A stretch of DNA of 64,000 bases from a bacterium (GTDB taxonomy: Bacteria; UBA8248): NCBI GenBank assembly GCA_965207065.1, contig OZ242260.1, positions 2,641,526-2,705,525 on the forward strand, given 5' to 3'. The translations under genes and the position numbers were made by a program. Below the pieces are notes generated by a model that was given only the letters and a program-made list of their open reading frames with translations, was not told the origin of the DNA and did not search any database. Below, piece after piece: positions 48,641 through 58,064 of this stretch (position 1 is its first letter; each line of letters starts with the position of its first letter).

Positions 48641-48683
48641 GTGATCCTGAGTTCATCCGAGGAACGCATCACGAATGGCCCCG

Positions 48684-48764
48684 GAAACCAACTAGGCGCT
48701 CGAAGATCGAAACAAGTCGCTCATGGAATTCATCCGCCGCACGTCTACGCGGGAGAACGGTTGA
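48684..48764 (+). pseudogene. Relic 3' end of a paralog of the downstream heptad protein
   Basis: Translates ETN*ALEDRNKSLMEFIRRTSTRENG* against ETMKALEGQNNALMELIRRTSAP in the intact gene. Confidence 0.65.
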
Positions 48765-48881
48765 GGAGCGCGCGCAGCGAACTCTCCCTCATCGGTTGGG
48801 TACGACTCTTTGACTTATCCTCCGCACTGGGCGAGACTGGCCGGACTGGCTGCTCCACGAGGACAGACAGGAGAGAACCGA

Positions 48882-49277
48882 ATGACGGAATACGAAGCCG
48901 CAAACCTCGCCGTGCAGCAAGCCGCCCTTGCCCTGCAAAAAGACACGCTCGCACTGCAACAATCTGCCTTTGCCCTGCAGAAAGCCTCCCTCGCCCTGCA
49001 AGAAGCCTCCCTCGCCGTGCAGCAAGCTTCCGTATGGGTCGCCGCCCTCGTCGGGGCTGCGCAATGCAGCCTCATCGGGTTTGGACTCTACATCATGCGC
49101 CAGGCCTCGATTCAACGCGACGCACTGCATCAGGAAACCATGGCGGCGCTCCAGGCTCAGCGTGATGCGCAAAGAGAACAGCATCGAGAAACCATGAAGG
49201 CGCTGGAAGGCCAAAACAACGCGCTGATGGAACTCATCCGCCGCACGTCCGCGCCTTCGGCGCAAGGAGATAGTTGA
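48882..49277 (+). CDS. Small single-TM coiled-coil protein with 21-bp heptad repeats, function unknown
   Basis: AGGAGA RBS; six A(L/V)Qxxx(L/F/V) heptads at about 48909-49034, a hydrophobic segment, then a second coiled coil. Confidence 0.65.
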   Translation: MTEYEAANLAVQQAALALQKDTLALQQSAFALQKASLALQEASLAVQQASVWVAALVGAAQCSLIGFGLYIMRQASIQRDALHQETMAALQAQRDAQREQHRETMKALEGQNNALMELIRRTSAPSAQGDS

Positions 49278-49322
49278 AGGGGGAGCGGAAATCCTCCTGG
49301 CGCAGGCTGTTCGTTTTTGAGC

Positions 49323-49588
49323 GTCATTCCGGCTGATGCCGGAACCCAGCGACTTTATCTTTGTTTTTTGTCTTTTCGTTTTATCGTTTTTGATGGTCCT
49401 TCTGCGATACGGCCGACCCGGTCGGTTCTGGATTCCGGCATCCGCCGGAATGACAACACGATAGATACATTACGGATGATGAGGAAAGATTCCGTAGGGG
49501 CGGCTCGCGAGCCACCCCTACAGGTTCATCCCAATGGGAATGAGAAGGAAATAGCGCCAACAGGACAGACACGCAGTTCCGCCCCTAC
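49323..49588. repeat. GTCATTCCGGC-type inverted palindrome pair plus GTAG-type REPs
   Basis: GTCATTCCGGCTGATGCCGGAACCC ... TGGATTCCGGCATCCGCCGGAATGAC; GTAGGGGCGGCTCGCGAGCCACCCCTAC. Confidence 0.72.
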
Positions 49589-49628
49589 CCAGGCAAGGCG
49601 AAAGACCGATTCGCGTCCCTTATGAAAA

Positions 49629-50072
49629 CTACTTCTTGATCGACAAGAACTTCAGCACCACGCCGTCGGGGTCTTTACAGAAGAATATCTTGGAGCCCTG
49701 TATGGGGCCGCTGGGCACCGTGGCGGGTTCCGGCGAGCACATGGTGGTGCCGTCCGCCTGGAGTTTCGCATAAAGCGCCTCGGCGTCGTCCACCACGAAG
49801 CCTATCTGCAGGCAGCCCGTGTTGTTGGGGTCGGTGTCTATCGCCTCGCCGGCAGCGCCCTTGTACTCCATGAGTTCGAGGTGAAGCCCGTGGCCGCCCA
49901 TGTGCACCACGCGAAGGTGCGCGCCGGGCACGCCCGTCACCTGGGCCGAGAACTCCGGCGTGCGCTCGGAATCGGATTCCACCTCGAAGCCGAAGTTCTC
50001 GGCGTACCATTTCGAGGATGCGTCCGCGTCTTTTACCGTAAGCGATACGTTATGAAAGCGTTGAATCGTCAT
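49629..50072 (-). CDS. VOC/glyoxalase family protein
   Basis: FHNVSLTVKDADASSKWY, LELMEY, FFCKDPDG. Confidence 0.85.
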   Translation of the reverse strand: MTIQRFHNVSLTVKDADASSKWYAENFGFEVESDSERTPEFSAQVTGVPGAHLRVVHMGGHGLHLELMEYKGAAGEAIDTDPNNTGCLQIGFVVDDAEALYAKLQADGTTMCSPEPATVPSGPIQGSKIFFCKDPDGVVLKFLSIKK

Positions 50073-50156
50073 GAATAAACTCTCCAGTCATTCGTGAAAA
50101 GGACGCTCCGCACCGCGCGTGAAGCGTCCCTGGTTGCATGCGTTTCCCGCCCTGCC

Positions 50157-50555
50157 TTAATCGGCTGCGGGCTTGGGTTTCAGGTCCAGCGATGCCGAGT
50201 TCATGCAGTAGCGAAGGCCGGTGGGCGCGGGGCCGTCCGGGAACACGTGGCCCAGGTGCGCGTCGCAGTTCGAGCACACCACCTCCACGCGGCGCATCCA
50301 GAAGGAGTTGTCCTCCTTCTCGCCCACGTTTTCGGGCTTGAGCGGCTGGTAGAAGCTCGGCCAGCCCGTGCCCGAGTCGAACTTGGTCTCGGCGTCGAAA
50401 AGCTCCGCTCCGCAGCACACGCACGTATAGATGCCGTCATCGTGGGAGTCGCAATATTTCCCGCTGAAGGCGCGCTCGGTGCCCGCCTCCCGGGTGACGT
50501 GGTACTGCTCGGGCGTGAGTTGCTCGCGCCACTCCGCATCCGTTTTCTCTATCAT
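50157..50555 (-). CDS. msrB: Peptide-methionine (R)-S-oxide reductase
   Basis: [43 protein letters not shown]. Confidence 0.96.
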   Translation of the reverse strand: MIEKTDAEWREQLTPEQYHVTREAGTERAFSGKYCDSHDDGIYTCVCCGAELFDAETKFDSGTGWPSFYQPLKPENVGEKEDNSFWMRRVEVVCSNCDAHLGHVFPDGPAPTGLRYCMNSASLDLKPKPAAD

Positions 50556-50590
50556 TTCGATATTCCTCCCTTGCAGAGCGTCAACCAACC

Positions 50591-50773
50591 ACTCCCCCCT
50601 TGAGGGTCTGGCTTCCCGAGGGGAAAGCCAGACAGTGAGCTGAGGGCGTAAGCCCGAAAGTGAACTGGTGGGGGGTATGATTCGGAATGGCAATAGAACG
50701 CATTTTACCCCCCACCGATTCAGCCTTCGCAAATATCGCTCGGCTTCATCGACTCCCCCTCAAGGGGGGAGTG
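50591..50773. repeat. ACTCCCCC-palindrome element with inverted 117-bp core
   Basis: Flanks are in the same orientation as 46141-46301, but core 50634-50750 is the reverse complement of 46163-46279. Confidence 0.82.
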
Positions 50774-50957
50774 AACTTCAAAAGCGTGCGCGCAACCCAA
50801 AATCGATTCCGTATCTTTCTAGACAACCCTGTATGCGTCCCCTACGGATTTCAATATAGGCCGGTTTTCCAAAATACGCTCATCGGTTGAACACCTCTAA
50901 CGGACAGAATCCTCAAAAACCGCGCGAAAGACAAGAGGCGCGCAGTAGATGGATTCC

Positions 50958-52133
50958 TCACAGGTGGGGCAGGGCTTTCAGGACGTTCACCTGGTTCGTG
51001 TTGCCCATGTGGAATAGCTGAATCGCGTCGCGGTGCACTTTCTCGACCGGCGCGTCCTTCATCACGCCCATGCCTCCCCATATCTCCACGGTCCGCATGG
51101 TCATGTAATTCAGCATCTCGACGGTGAGCACTTTCGTCGCCCGCGCGAGTTTCTGGTCATTCAGCCCATTGTCGATGCCCCAGGCGGCGCGCCAGAGCAG
51201 CGTCCTCGAAGCTTCGAGCCGCGTGTACATATCAAGGAGGAGCGAGCCGATGAGGTCGTGTTCGATAATGGGTTTCCCGCCCTGCACGCGCTCGCGCGCG
51301 TAGCCCAGCGCCAGATCGTAAGCCCGCTGGGCGATTCCCAGAGCCGTGGACGTCGCCTCGAGGGTGCCGACGTTGACGACGCTCCTCCTGCCTTCCTGGA
51401 ACTTGTCCTCCTCGCCCAGGCGGTTCTCCAGCGGGACCCGCACGTCGCGGAAGATGAGGTCGTGCTGGGGATAACACCTGAGTCCCACCTTCTCGTGCAG
51501 CCTGCCGACCTCGAAGCCCTCGTGCGGCGGGAAGAGCATGAACCCCGTCACGCCCTTCGTCCACGGGACGCTCCTGTCGGTCCGGGCGAAGGCGGTGACG
51601 TACTTCGCCTGCGCGCCCATGGCGATGAACTGCTTCATCCCGTTCAGGACGTAGGAATCCCCGTCGCGCACCGCGCTCAGGGCGGGGCCGGCCGCCGGGT
51701 CCGCGTCGAAGGGGAGCGCGTTGTCGCTGCCGGCGTTGGGCTCCGTGATGGCGATGCCGATGCAATAGAGCGGGTCTTCCAGGTAGTCGGGGATAACACG
51801 GGCGAGTTGTTCTTCGCTCGCCACGGCGATGAGGCCCGCTATCGCCTTCCAGTTGTGGCTGTACACCTTGGAGACGGCGGGCGAGCCGGAGGAGAGTTCG
51901 CTCATCACGATGCACTGGGTGAGAACGCTGGCCCCGTCGCCCCCATGCGCTTGGGGCACGCCCAGGGAATGAAACCCGAGCGCGGCGCCGCGCTTCACCA
52001 GGTCGTAGGCGAACTTGTCCTCTCCGTCTGGCCGCTTTTCCAGTTCCGCCACGACGGGAAGCATTTCCTCCATCGCGAATTTCCGCGCGAGAAGCTGGAG
52101 GCTCTTTTGCTCTTCACTCAGTTCGAAATCCAT
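50958..52133 (-). CDS. Acyl-CoA dehydrogenase family protein
   Basis: IAITEPNAGSD, LNGMKQFI, EKVGLR, YARERVQGGKPI, GGMGVMKD. Confidence 0.9.
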   Translation of the reverse strand: MDFELSEEQKSLQLLARKFAMEEMLPVVAELEKRPDGEDKFAYDLVKRGAALGFHSLGVPQAHGGDGASVLTQCIVMSELSSGSPAVSKVYSHNWKAIAGLIAVASEEQLARVIPDYLEDPLYCIGIAITEPNAGSDNALPFDADPAAGPALSAVRDGDSYVLNGMKQFIAMGAQAKYVTAFARTDRSVPWTKGVTGFMLFPPHEGFEVGRLHEKVGLRCYPQHDLIFRDVRVPLENRLGEEDKFQEGRRSVVNVGTLEATSTALGIAQRAYDLALGYARERVQGGKPIIEHDLIGSLLLDMYTRLEASRTLLWRAAWGIDNGLNDQKLARATKVLTVEMLNYMTMRTVEIWGGMGVMKDAPVEKVHRDAIQLFHMGNTNQVNVLKALPHL

Positions 52134-52229
52134 GCGGGTTTCCTTATCGGTTTATTTCCCGGTACTCCGTTAGATGAGAGGTTTCCTTTTTCTCCGTAAT
52201 ATGATGCCTCACTATCCATATCCCTATGG

Positions 52230-52690
52230 GGCTGCTGAAAAAAGCCATTGTACAACCCCTACGAAGATATCTCTCCATCAAGGAGAATTTCAAATCCACT
52301 CCCCCCTTGAGGATCACTCCCGACCAAGGCGGGTTTGTTAAAAAATCCTGGAACTCTGGATTTGTCGTATGTAACCGACCGACGAGAGAGAAAAATCACT
52401 CCCCCCTGGAGGGTCTGGCTTCCCGAGGGGAAAGCCAGACGAGGAAGCCGAGCGGTTTGTGCGAAGGCTGAATCGGTGGGGGGGAAAATGCGTTTTATTG
52501 CCATTCCGAATCATCCCCCCCACCGAATCGCTTTCGGGCTTACGCCCTCACCTCTTCGACTCCCCCTCCAGGGGGGAGTGAATCCAATTCTTGTTTCCCT
52601 GGCAACGACCCTCAAGGGGGTAGTGATATTTCGTTTTTCCCCGGTCGGCTCCATACGCCGAATCACGATATCAGAGCTTTTTCAACAGCC
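52230..52690. mobile_element. MITE-like element with near-perfect TSD, carrying a third copy of the 117-bp core
   Basis: Ends GGCTGCTGAAAAA and TTTTTCAACAGCC; flanks TCCCTATGG and CCCCTATGA (7 of 9 identical); core at 52441-52557. Confidence 0.72.
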
Positions 52691-52693
52691 CCC

Positions 52694-53962
52694 CTATGAG
52701 CCGGCTTTCTCGCCGCAAATCGAGAGTGCTGCGGCGAGGTAGACTTTCGCTGCCGTCACCACGTCCTCGACGAGAACGTGCTCGCCTACGGCGTGCATCA
52801 GTCCTTTTTGTGCGGCGTCGGGGTGCATCCGCCCGCCGGGGCCGTAGCAGATGCACGGGATGCCGTAGCGGTTGAAGTGGGTGGAATCGGCCGCGGGCCT
52901 CCTGATAATGGGCGCGGAGGCCTCGCCCGTCACCTCCTCGTGCGCTGCAAGCGCAGCCTGTACGAGCGGGGCGTCCGCATCTAAGAGCGTGGGCGGGTCG
53001 TTCACATAGAACGAGAGAGCGGCGCGTCCGGTTTCATCCGCCGCCTCATCGAGCACACTGCGCAGCTCACGCTTGATGTCCTCGGTGCTTTGGCCCGGCA
53101 CGGTGCGGATGTCCAGGTAAAGGCTCGCCTCGGCGGGGTTTCTCGAAAGCCGCCAGGGCCAGCCGCCCCGCACGGCGGCTATCGTCACGTTGGGATGCTC
53201 GCTCATGCAGGAATGTCTGGCTTCATAATCGGGTATCCATCGCTCGACCGCGGTTTGTATCTTGTGAATGGCGCGCACGGCGTTCGTGACCCCCGGGCGG
53301 TTCGAGAAAACGCTGTGGCTTATCGTGCCGCTCACCGTGATCTTCGCCCACACGACGCCCATGTTCGCGTTCGAGACCTTGAGCCCCGTCGGCTCGGCCA
53401 GGATGGCGCAATCCGCCGTCACGCCGTGGAGAATAAGGTGGCGCGTGCCCGTCCCGTAGCCCGAGTAGGATTTGCCCGAGAATTCATCGATCGGCGCTTT
53501 TTCTATCTCGCCCACCACGCCCGCGAGGGTGAGGTCCCCGCGCAGGATGAGGTTTTCGCGGCAGATGGCCTCAAGCGCCGCCAGCGCGCCCGCAAGCCCG
53601 CTCTTCATGTTGTTCGCGCCCAGACCCCATATCCAGCCGTCCCGGTGGACGGCCCTGGGCTTGAATCCCTCGCCGCTCAGGTAGTCCTCGTTCCCGTCAT
53701 AGGAGGTATCCATGTGGCCGGTGAAGAGGAGGTTCGCGCCGTCGCCCGCGCCCTCGCGCACGCCGACCGCGTTCGGCCTGCCGGGGTCTACCTCCTGCAA
53801 GCGGGTTTCCATTCCCGCGCGCGCCATGCGCCCCTCCAGATGGCGCGCCATTTGCGCCTCACCGCCCGTGGGGCTTGCAATATCCACCATCTCGCTCAGG
53901 AGTTCGCGCACGGTCTCTGCGGTGATGTGGCGCGCGCAGCGCTCGAAGTCGGGGTGCGGCAT
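52694..53962 (-). CDS. M20/ArgE-family metallo-hydrolase
   Basis: GHMDT, GANNMKSG, VGEIE, AEPT, YGPG, HAVGEHV. Confidence 0.87.
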   Translation of the reverse strand: MPHPDFERCARHITAETVRELLSEMVDIASPTGGEAQMARHLEGRMARAGMETRLQEVDPGRPNAVGVREGAGDGANLLFTGHMDTSYDGNEDYLSGEGFKPRAVHRDGWIWGLGANNMKSGLAGALAALEAICRENLILRGDLTLAGVVGEIEKAPIDEFSGKSYSGYGTGTRHLILHGVTADCAILAEPTGLKVSNANMGVVWAKITVSGTISHSVFSNRPGVTNAVRAIHKIQTAVERWIPDYEARHSCMSEHPNVTIAAVRGGWPWRLSRNPAEASLYLDIRTVPGQSTEDIKRELRSVLDEAADETGRAALSFYVNDPPTLLDADAPLVQAALAAHEEVTGEASAPIIRRPAADSTHFNRYGIPCICYGPGGRMHPDAAQKGLMHAVGEHVLVEDVVTAAKVYLAAALSICGEKAGS

Positions 53963-54045
53963 CGGTGTATCTTTCTCCTTTAACGTATCGAGTGCCCTAG
54001 CGTATCATGGGCGCGTCGCATTCCGGTATCTCAGCTTTCATCGAA

Positions 54046-54159
54046 GTGCGCCTTCTGAATCCCTCCAAAATCACACGCAGATATGACTGTACCCGTGGCT
54101 CGGTCGGCCGGGTCATCTCGCGCCTCTCGATGCCCATCTAGGGCGAGCGCATCACGCGC
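54046..54159 (+). pseudogene. Relic 5' fragment of the MATE gene
   Basis: MRLLNPSKITRRYDCTRGSVGRVISRLSMPI*GERITR against MRLLKQATRTRGYDYTKGSVGWAITRLSVPICGERILR at 56541; in-frame TAG at 54139. Confidence 0.85.
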
Positions 54160-54232
54160 GCGGTGAATTGAAGCAAGCCGTTTTTCTATAAGAAATAAAT
54201 TCGGTTCATACGTTTGGCGGGGTCTTTTCCGA

Positions 54233-56428
54233 CTAGCCGCTTTCTGACTCGGTCTGGAAACGTGCGGCGAGCAGATAACGATACAGCTTGAGGGCAAGCC
54301 CCTCTTCATGCTCGTCCAACCAGTGCAGGGCCGTCAGCGGTAGCACCATCGTCCGGCAGGGTTGGTCTGCAACTACCGAGGTCGCTTTATCGTTCTGCGT
54401 ACCGGCCGGCCAAATTGCGTCGCCCGGACTGTAATCATGAAGACGCGCGCCCGCGGAATCGTAAGCGGAAGCCCGGCCCGCAAGCAACAATTGGAGTTCT
54501 TCGCCTGGCGCATCCGATCCTGCGAGGGCTTCGCCGGCGGCGTACTGACGAGAGTCCAGCCAGCTTTTGAGTTCTTCGATGAGTTCCTCGAAATGAATTT
54601 GCCGTTCCAGGTAGCGCTCGAGGTCATCGGCAGTGTGCGCCAGCAGCGAGGCGCGCCGCTTGTCCGACAAGTTCACGTCCGCCCTCCATGCCGCAATGAC
54701 GGTCTCCTCGCAGCGCTCCAGCGCACTGTCCGCATTCGGCTCAATCACCAGCTCCTGAAATATAGAAGGCGGTAGGTTGCGCTCCAGCCCCTGTCGCAAC
54801 TGTTCGTCCAATGCGCTCAGAACCACGGGAACTTCGGCCGCCTGCGCCGTCTGCAGGAACCTGGACAGGACGCTCACCGCCGAGTAGTCGAAGCCGGAGA
54901 CGGCGGCGAAGTCCAGCATCAGGCAGGCGGGACGCGAATCGCCACTGAGGGATTTTTTCAGTTGTTCGGCTAGTGGATAGGCGCTTCCGAAGAAAATGTA
55001 GCCGCGCAGCCGGTAGGCATGCACATGCTCGCCTTCGGCCAGCAGGATGGCTCGATCGGGGATGGGCCGGGTCTTGTTGCTTCTGCGTTCTCGTGCATTG
55101 AACCGGGATTCGACAAGGTCCACGCGACTGAGGCGCACGGCGAAGAACACGAGGGTGGCCAGCATACCGGCGCCGACGCCCTCGAACAGTCCGAAGGAGA
55201 TGATGACGACGAAGATCAACACGATAATGCCGTATTCCGACCAGGGGAGCCGCCTGCGGCTTCTCACGAGTCCTTCGTCTATCATGCCGAAGCCGGCAAA
55301 AAACAGAATTCCGCCTACGAGCGGCGTCGGAACCAGTTCCAGCATCCCGTCGCCCAGGAACAACGCGCCCCCGATGAGGAGGGCGGCGACGATGCCGGTC
55401 AGGCGGGTGGCGGCTCCGAGAAGCTTGCTGCGCAGCGAGGCGGGCACGATCGTGCTTGCCACCGTCCCGCCGCCCAGTCCTGCGACCACGCTCGCGAGCC
55501 CGGCCGTCCTGAACTCCAGGTCCCAGTCCAGTTCGTGATTTGCGGCCAATTCTAGGCCGGCGAAATTCATGATCACGACGATGAGCGCGATCAGCATCAA
55601 CGTCAGCATGTTGGGAACCTGTTCCGCCATCGCCGCCCAATCCAGATGCACCAAATCGGCGATCCCCACAACCGGCCAAAGGGTTCCCTCCGCGGTGCTC
55701 TTGAACAACAGACCTGCCGATCTCGCCTCGTCACCGGAAATATCGAGAGTGGCCAGGGCGAAGTGGTATGCGCCGACGGCCATCGCCACGCTCACCGGGA
55801 GGATCAGCGCATTTCCCCAGCGTTTTATGGCGAGGTACAGGGCGATTCCGAACGCTGCGCCGGGGGCCCACCTCCATAACGTGGATGGCTCCAGAAGCGC
55901 CGGGATCGCACGCCAATCAGGCTCCGCTCCCATCAGGGACATGGCCGCCAGGCACACGGCCCCCCCGATTCCGGCCACGAATCCGCCCGCCACCGGGTAG
56001 GGGATGAAGCGCACCAGGTTGGCGAGCCGGAAGTGGCCGATAACGAGACAGCAGACGCCGGTGGCCATGGCGCTGAGCATGAGCGCGCCCGCCGTGGTGA
56101 CGAACAGCGCATCGCCTTCGGCGTCCATCGTGGAGCCGATCAGCGCCATCACGATCACGAGCGCGGGAGAAAGCCCCGAAATCGCCCCGCGGTAGCCGCC
56201 TGCGAGGGCGATAATGAGGCAGGCGGCGAAGTTCCCGAACAAAATCAGGCCGACGCCCTGGGAGGTATATGGGGCCAATGCGCCCGAGAAAATGAAGCTG
56301 CCGAAGGCGATCTGGGCGACGAGCAGGCCCAGGCCAGAGGTGAATCCGGCGGAAAGCGCCGGAACTGTCTTTTGGGAGAGGACGTCCGCGCGAAGTTCGG
56401 ACGCAATATCTCGGAACAAGGATTTCAC
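54233..56428 (-). CDS. SulP/SLC26 anion transporter with STAS and cyclic-nucleotide-binding-like domains
   Basis: FIPYPVAGGFVAGIG, LRGYIFFGSA, LDFAAVSGFDYSA, C-terminal cNMP-like domain. Confidence 0.88.
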   Translation of the reverse strand: MKSLFRDIASELRADVLSQKTVPALSAGFTSGLGLLVAQIAFGSFIFSGALAPYTSQGVGLILFGNFAACLIIALAGGYRGAISGLSPALVIVMALIGSTMDAEGDALFVTTAGALMLSAMATGVCCLVIGHFRLANLVRFIPYPVAGGFVAGIGGAVCLAAMSLMGAEPDWRAIPALLEPSTLWRWAPGAAFGIALYLAIKRWGNALILPVSVAMAVGAYHFALATLDISGDEARSAGLLFKSTAEGTLWPVVGIADLVHLDWAAMAEQVPNMLTLMLIALIVVIMNFAGLELAANHELDWDLEFRTAGLASVVAGLGGGTVASTIVPASLRSKLLGAATRLTGIVAALLIGGALFLGDGMLELVPTPLVGGILFFAGFGMIDEGLVRSRRRLPWSEYGIIVLIFVVIISFGLFEGVGAGMLATLVFFAVRLSRVDLVESRFNARERRSNKTRPIPDRAILLAEGEHVHAYRLRGYIFFGSAYPLAEQLKKSLSGDSRPACLMLDFAAVSGFDYSAVSVLSRFLQTAQAAEVPVVLSALDEQLRQGLERNLPPSIFQELVIEPNADSALERCEETVIAAWRADVNLSDKRRASLLAHTADDLERYLERQIHFEELIEELKSWLDSRQYAAGEALAGSDAPGEELQLLLAGRASAYDSAGARLHDYSPGDAIWPAGTQNDKATSVVADQPCRTMVLPLTALHWLDEHEEGLALKLYRYLLAARFQTESESG

Positions 56429-56460
56429 CCTTTCGATCGTTCGTAATCGGTAGGCGGCAT
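56425..56460 (-). other. 11-aa upstream ORF (relic M20 N-terminus) whose TGA overlaps the sulP GTG
   Basis: MPPTDYERSKG* against M20 MPHPDFER; retains an AAGGGAGAG RBS; GTGA overlap with sulP. Confidence 0.65.
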
Positions 56461-56540
56461 CTGCGTCTCTCTCCCTTAACGTATCGGACGCTCTATCGTA
56501 TCATGAGCTGATCGCTTTCCGGTATTATTTTCAGTGAGAG

Positions 56541-57953
56541 GTGCGCCTTCTGAAACAAGCCACGAGAACGCGCGGATACGATTACACGAAAGGCTCGGTC
56601 GGCTGGGCCATCACGCGCCTCTCGGTTCCGATATGCGGCGAGCGCATCCTCCGCAATCTCGACGGCATTTTTGAGATTTACTGGCTCGGCCGGATGGGGG
56701 CCGAATTCCTGGCGGCGGCGTCTCTGGGTTTCATCACCCTGTTGTTCATCCGTTCGGCCCCTTTCGGAATCAGGATCGCAGGCCAGGCGCTCGTGGCCCA
56801 GCGCGTGGGCGCGGGCGATGGAGAGGGCGCCTCGGTCATGGCGGGGCAGACCATCTTCCTCGTCGGCGTCTTCAGTCTCATCGCCACGTTCCTGGGTCTA
56901 TGGTTCGCTCCCCTCCTGATGGACTTGATGACGCGTGACCCCGCGCTGGCCGCCCTGGGCGTCGTCTACATCCGCGCGGGCTTCGCCGTGCTGCTCGCCG
57001 CCGAGGCGATGTTCGTGGTCGGCCAGATATTGCGGGGAACCGGCGAGCCGGGCATCACCATTGCGGGCGTCGTGGCCTCCACCGTTTTGACGCTCATCTT
57101 CATCCCCCTCTTGATGTTCGGATGGGGGCCGATTCCCGCTTTGGGGATAGCGGGCAGCTTTCTCGGCATCGGCGTGGGGCGGCTGGGCGGATTCGCAACC
57201 ATGCTGACCTTCATCGTGAAGGGAAAATCGAGGCTCAGGCTGAGGTGGGCCGATTTGCGCCCGCGCGCGTCCGAGATATCCCGCGTCGCGCGTCTCGCCT
57301 GGCCCGCCATGGTGCAGAACCTCCTCGAGCGAAGCGCGCTCCTGCTCATGGTGCGGATGCTTTCTCCCTTCGGGGCGAGTGCGCTGGCCGCGTGGAGCAT
57401 CGGCAACCGCGTGACGATGATCGCCCGGATGCCGAGCTTCGGTCTGCAAAGCTCGGTGCGCACGCTGGTGGGCCAGAACATGGGCGCGGAGAAGCCCGAG
57501 CGCGTGACGCGCACGGTATGGCTTGCAGTCGCCGCGCTTGTGATGCTGATGGCGGCGGCGAGCATATTTTTATTCGCCTGGGCGCAGGAGGTCGTCTCGT
57601 TTTTCGGCATGGCGGGGAACGACACGGCCGTCATGGCGCTCAGAATCCTGTGCGCGGGCCTGCTCATGGAGTCCATCCGCCGGGTGATGGCGGGCGCGTT
57701 CCAGGGAGCCTCGCGCTCGAAGCCGCCCATGCTGGTGGAGGGCGTCGTTCGCTGGGGTGTTCAGCTTCCCGCCGCCTATCTGCTCTCGTTCTGGTTTGCC
57801 GTGGGAGCGGGCGGCGTCTGGTTAGCGGTGAGCGGGGGCCAGATCCTGAGCGGTGCGCTCCTCCTCGTATGGTTTTTCCGGTGGTCACGGAGCGGGGATA
57901 TCCGGGGTTTTATGGGCGTTCGGGGTTTGAAATCCGCGATCAAATCCACTTAA
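56541..57953 (+). CDS. MATE-family efflux transporter
   Basis: VAQRVGAGD, LRGTGEP, VGQNMGAEKPER, FQGAS. Confidence 0.9.
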   Translation: MRLLKQATRTRGYDYTKGSVGWAITRLSVPICGERILRNLDGIFEIYWLGRMGAEFLAAASLGFITLLFIRSAPFGIRIAGQALVAQRVGAGDGEGASVMAGQTIFLVGVFSLIATFLGLWFAPLLMDLMTRDPALAALGVVYIRAGFAVLLAAEAMFVVGQILRGTGEPGITIAGVVASTVLTLIFIPLLMFGWGPIPALGIAGSFLGIGVGRLGGFATMLTFIVKGKSRLRLRWADLRPRASEISRVARLAWPAMVQNLLERSALLLMVRMLSPFGASALAAWSIGNRVTMIARMPSFGLQSSVRTLVGQNMGAEKPERVTRTVWLAVAALVMLMAAASIFLFAWAQEVVSFFGMAGNDTAVMALRILCAGLLMESIRRVMAGAFQGASRSKPPMLVEGVVRWGVQLPAAYLLSFWFAVGAGGVWLAVSGGQILSGALLLVWFFRWSRSGDIRGFMGVRGLKSAIKST

Positions 57954-58064
57954 GCTGTCTGCGCCGCTTCGGGTGCTCTCTTGTATTTTCAATGAGAGAT
58001 GATGTGATTTGTGGAGCGCGCGATTCGGGAAGCGAAGACGCTCCCCATGAGGAGTTTGTGGACG

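Noticed and set aside
50157-50555. msrB as a second selenoprotein
   Set aside because: The catalytic motif is RYCMNS with an ordinary Cys codon and there is no in-frame TGA.
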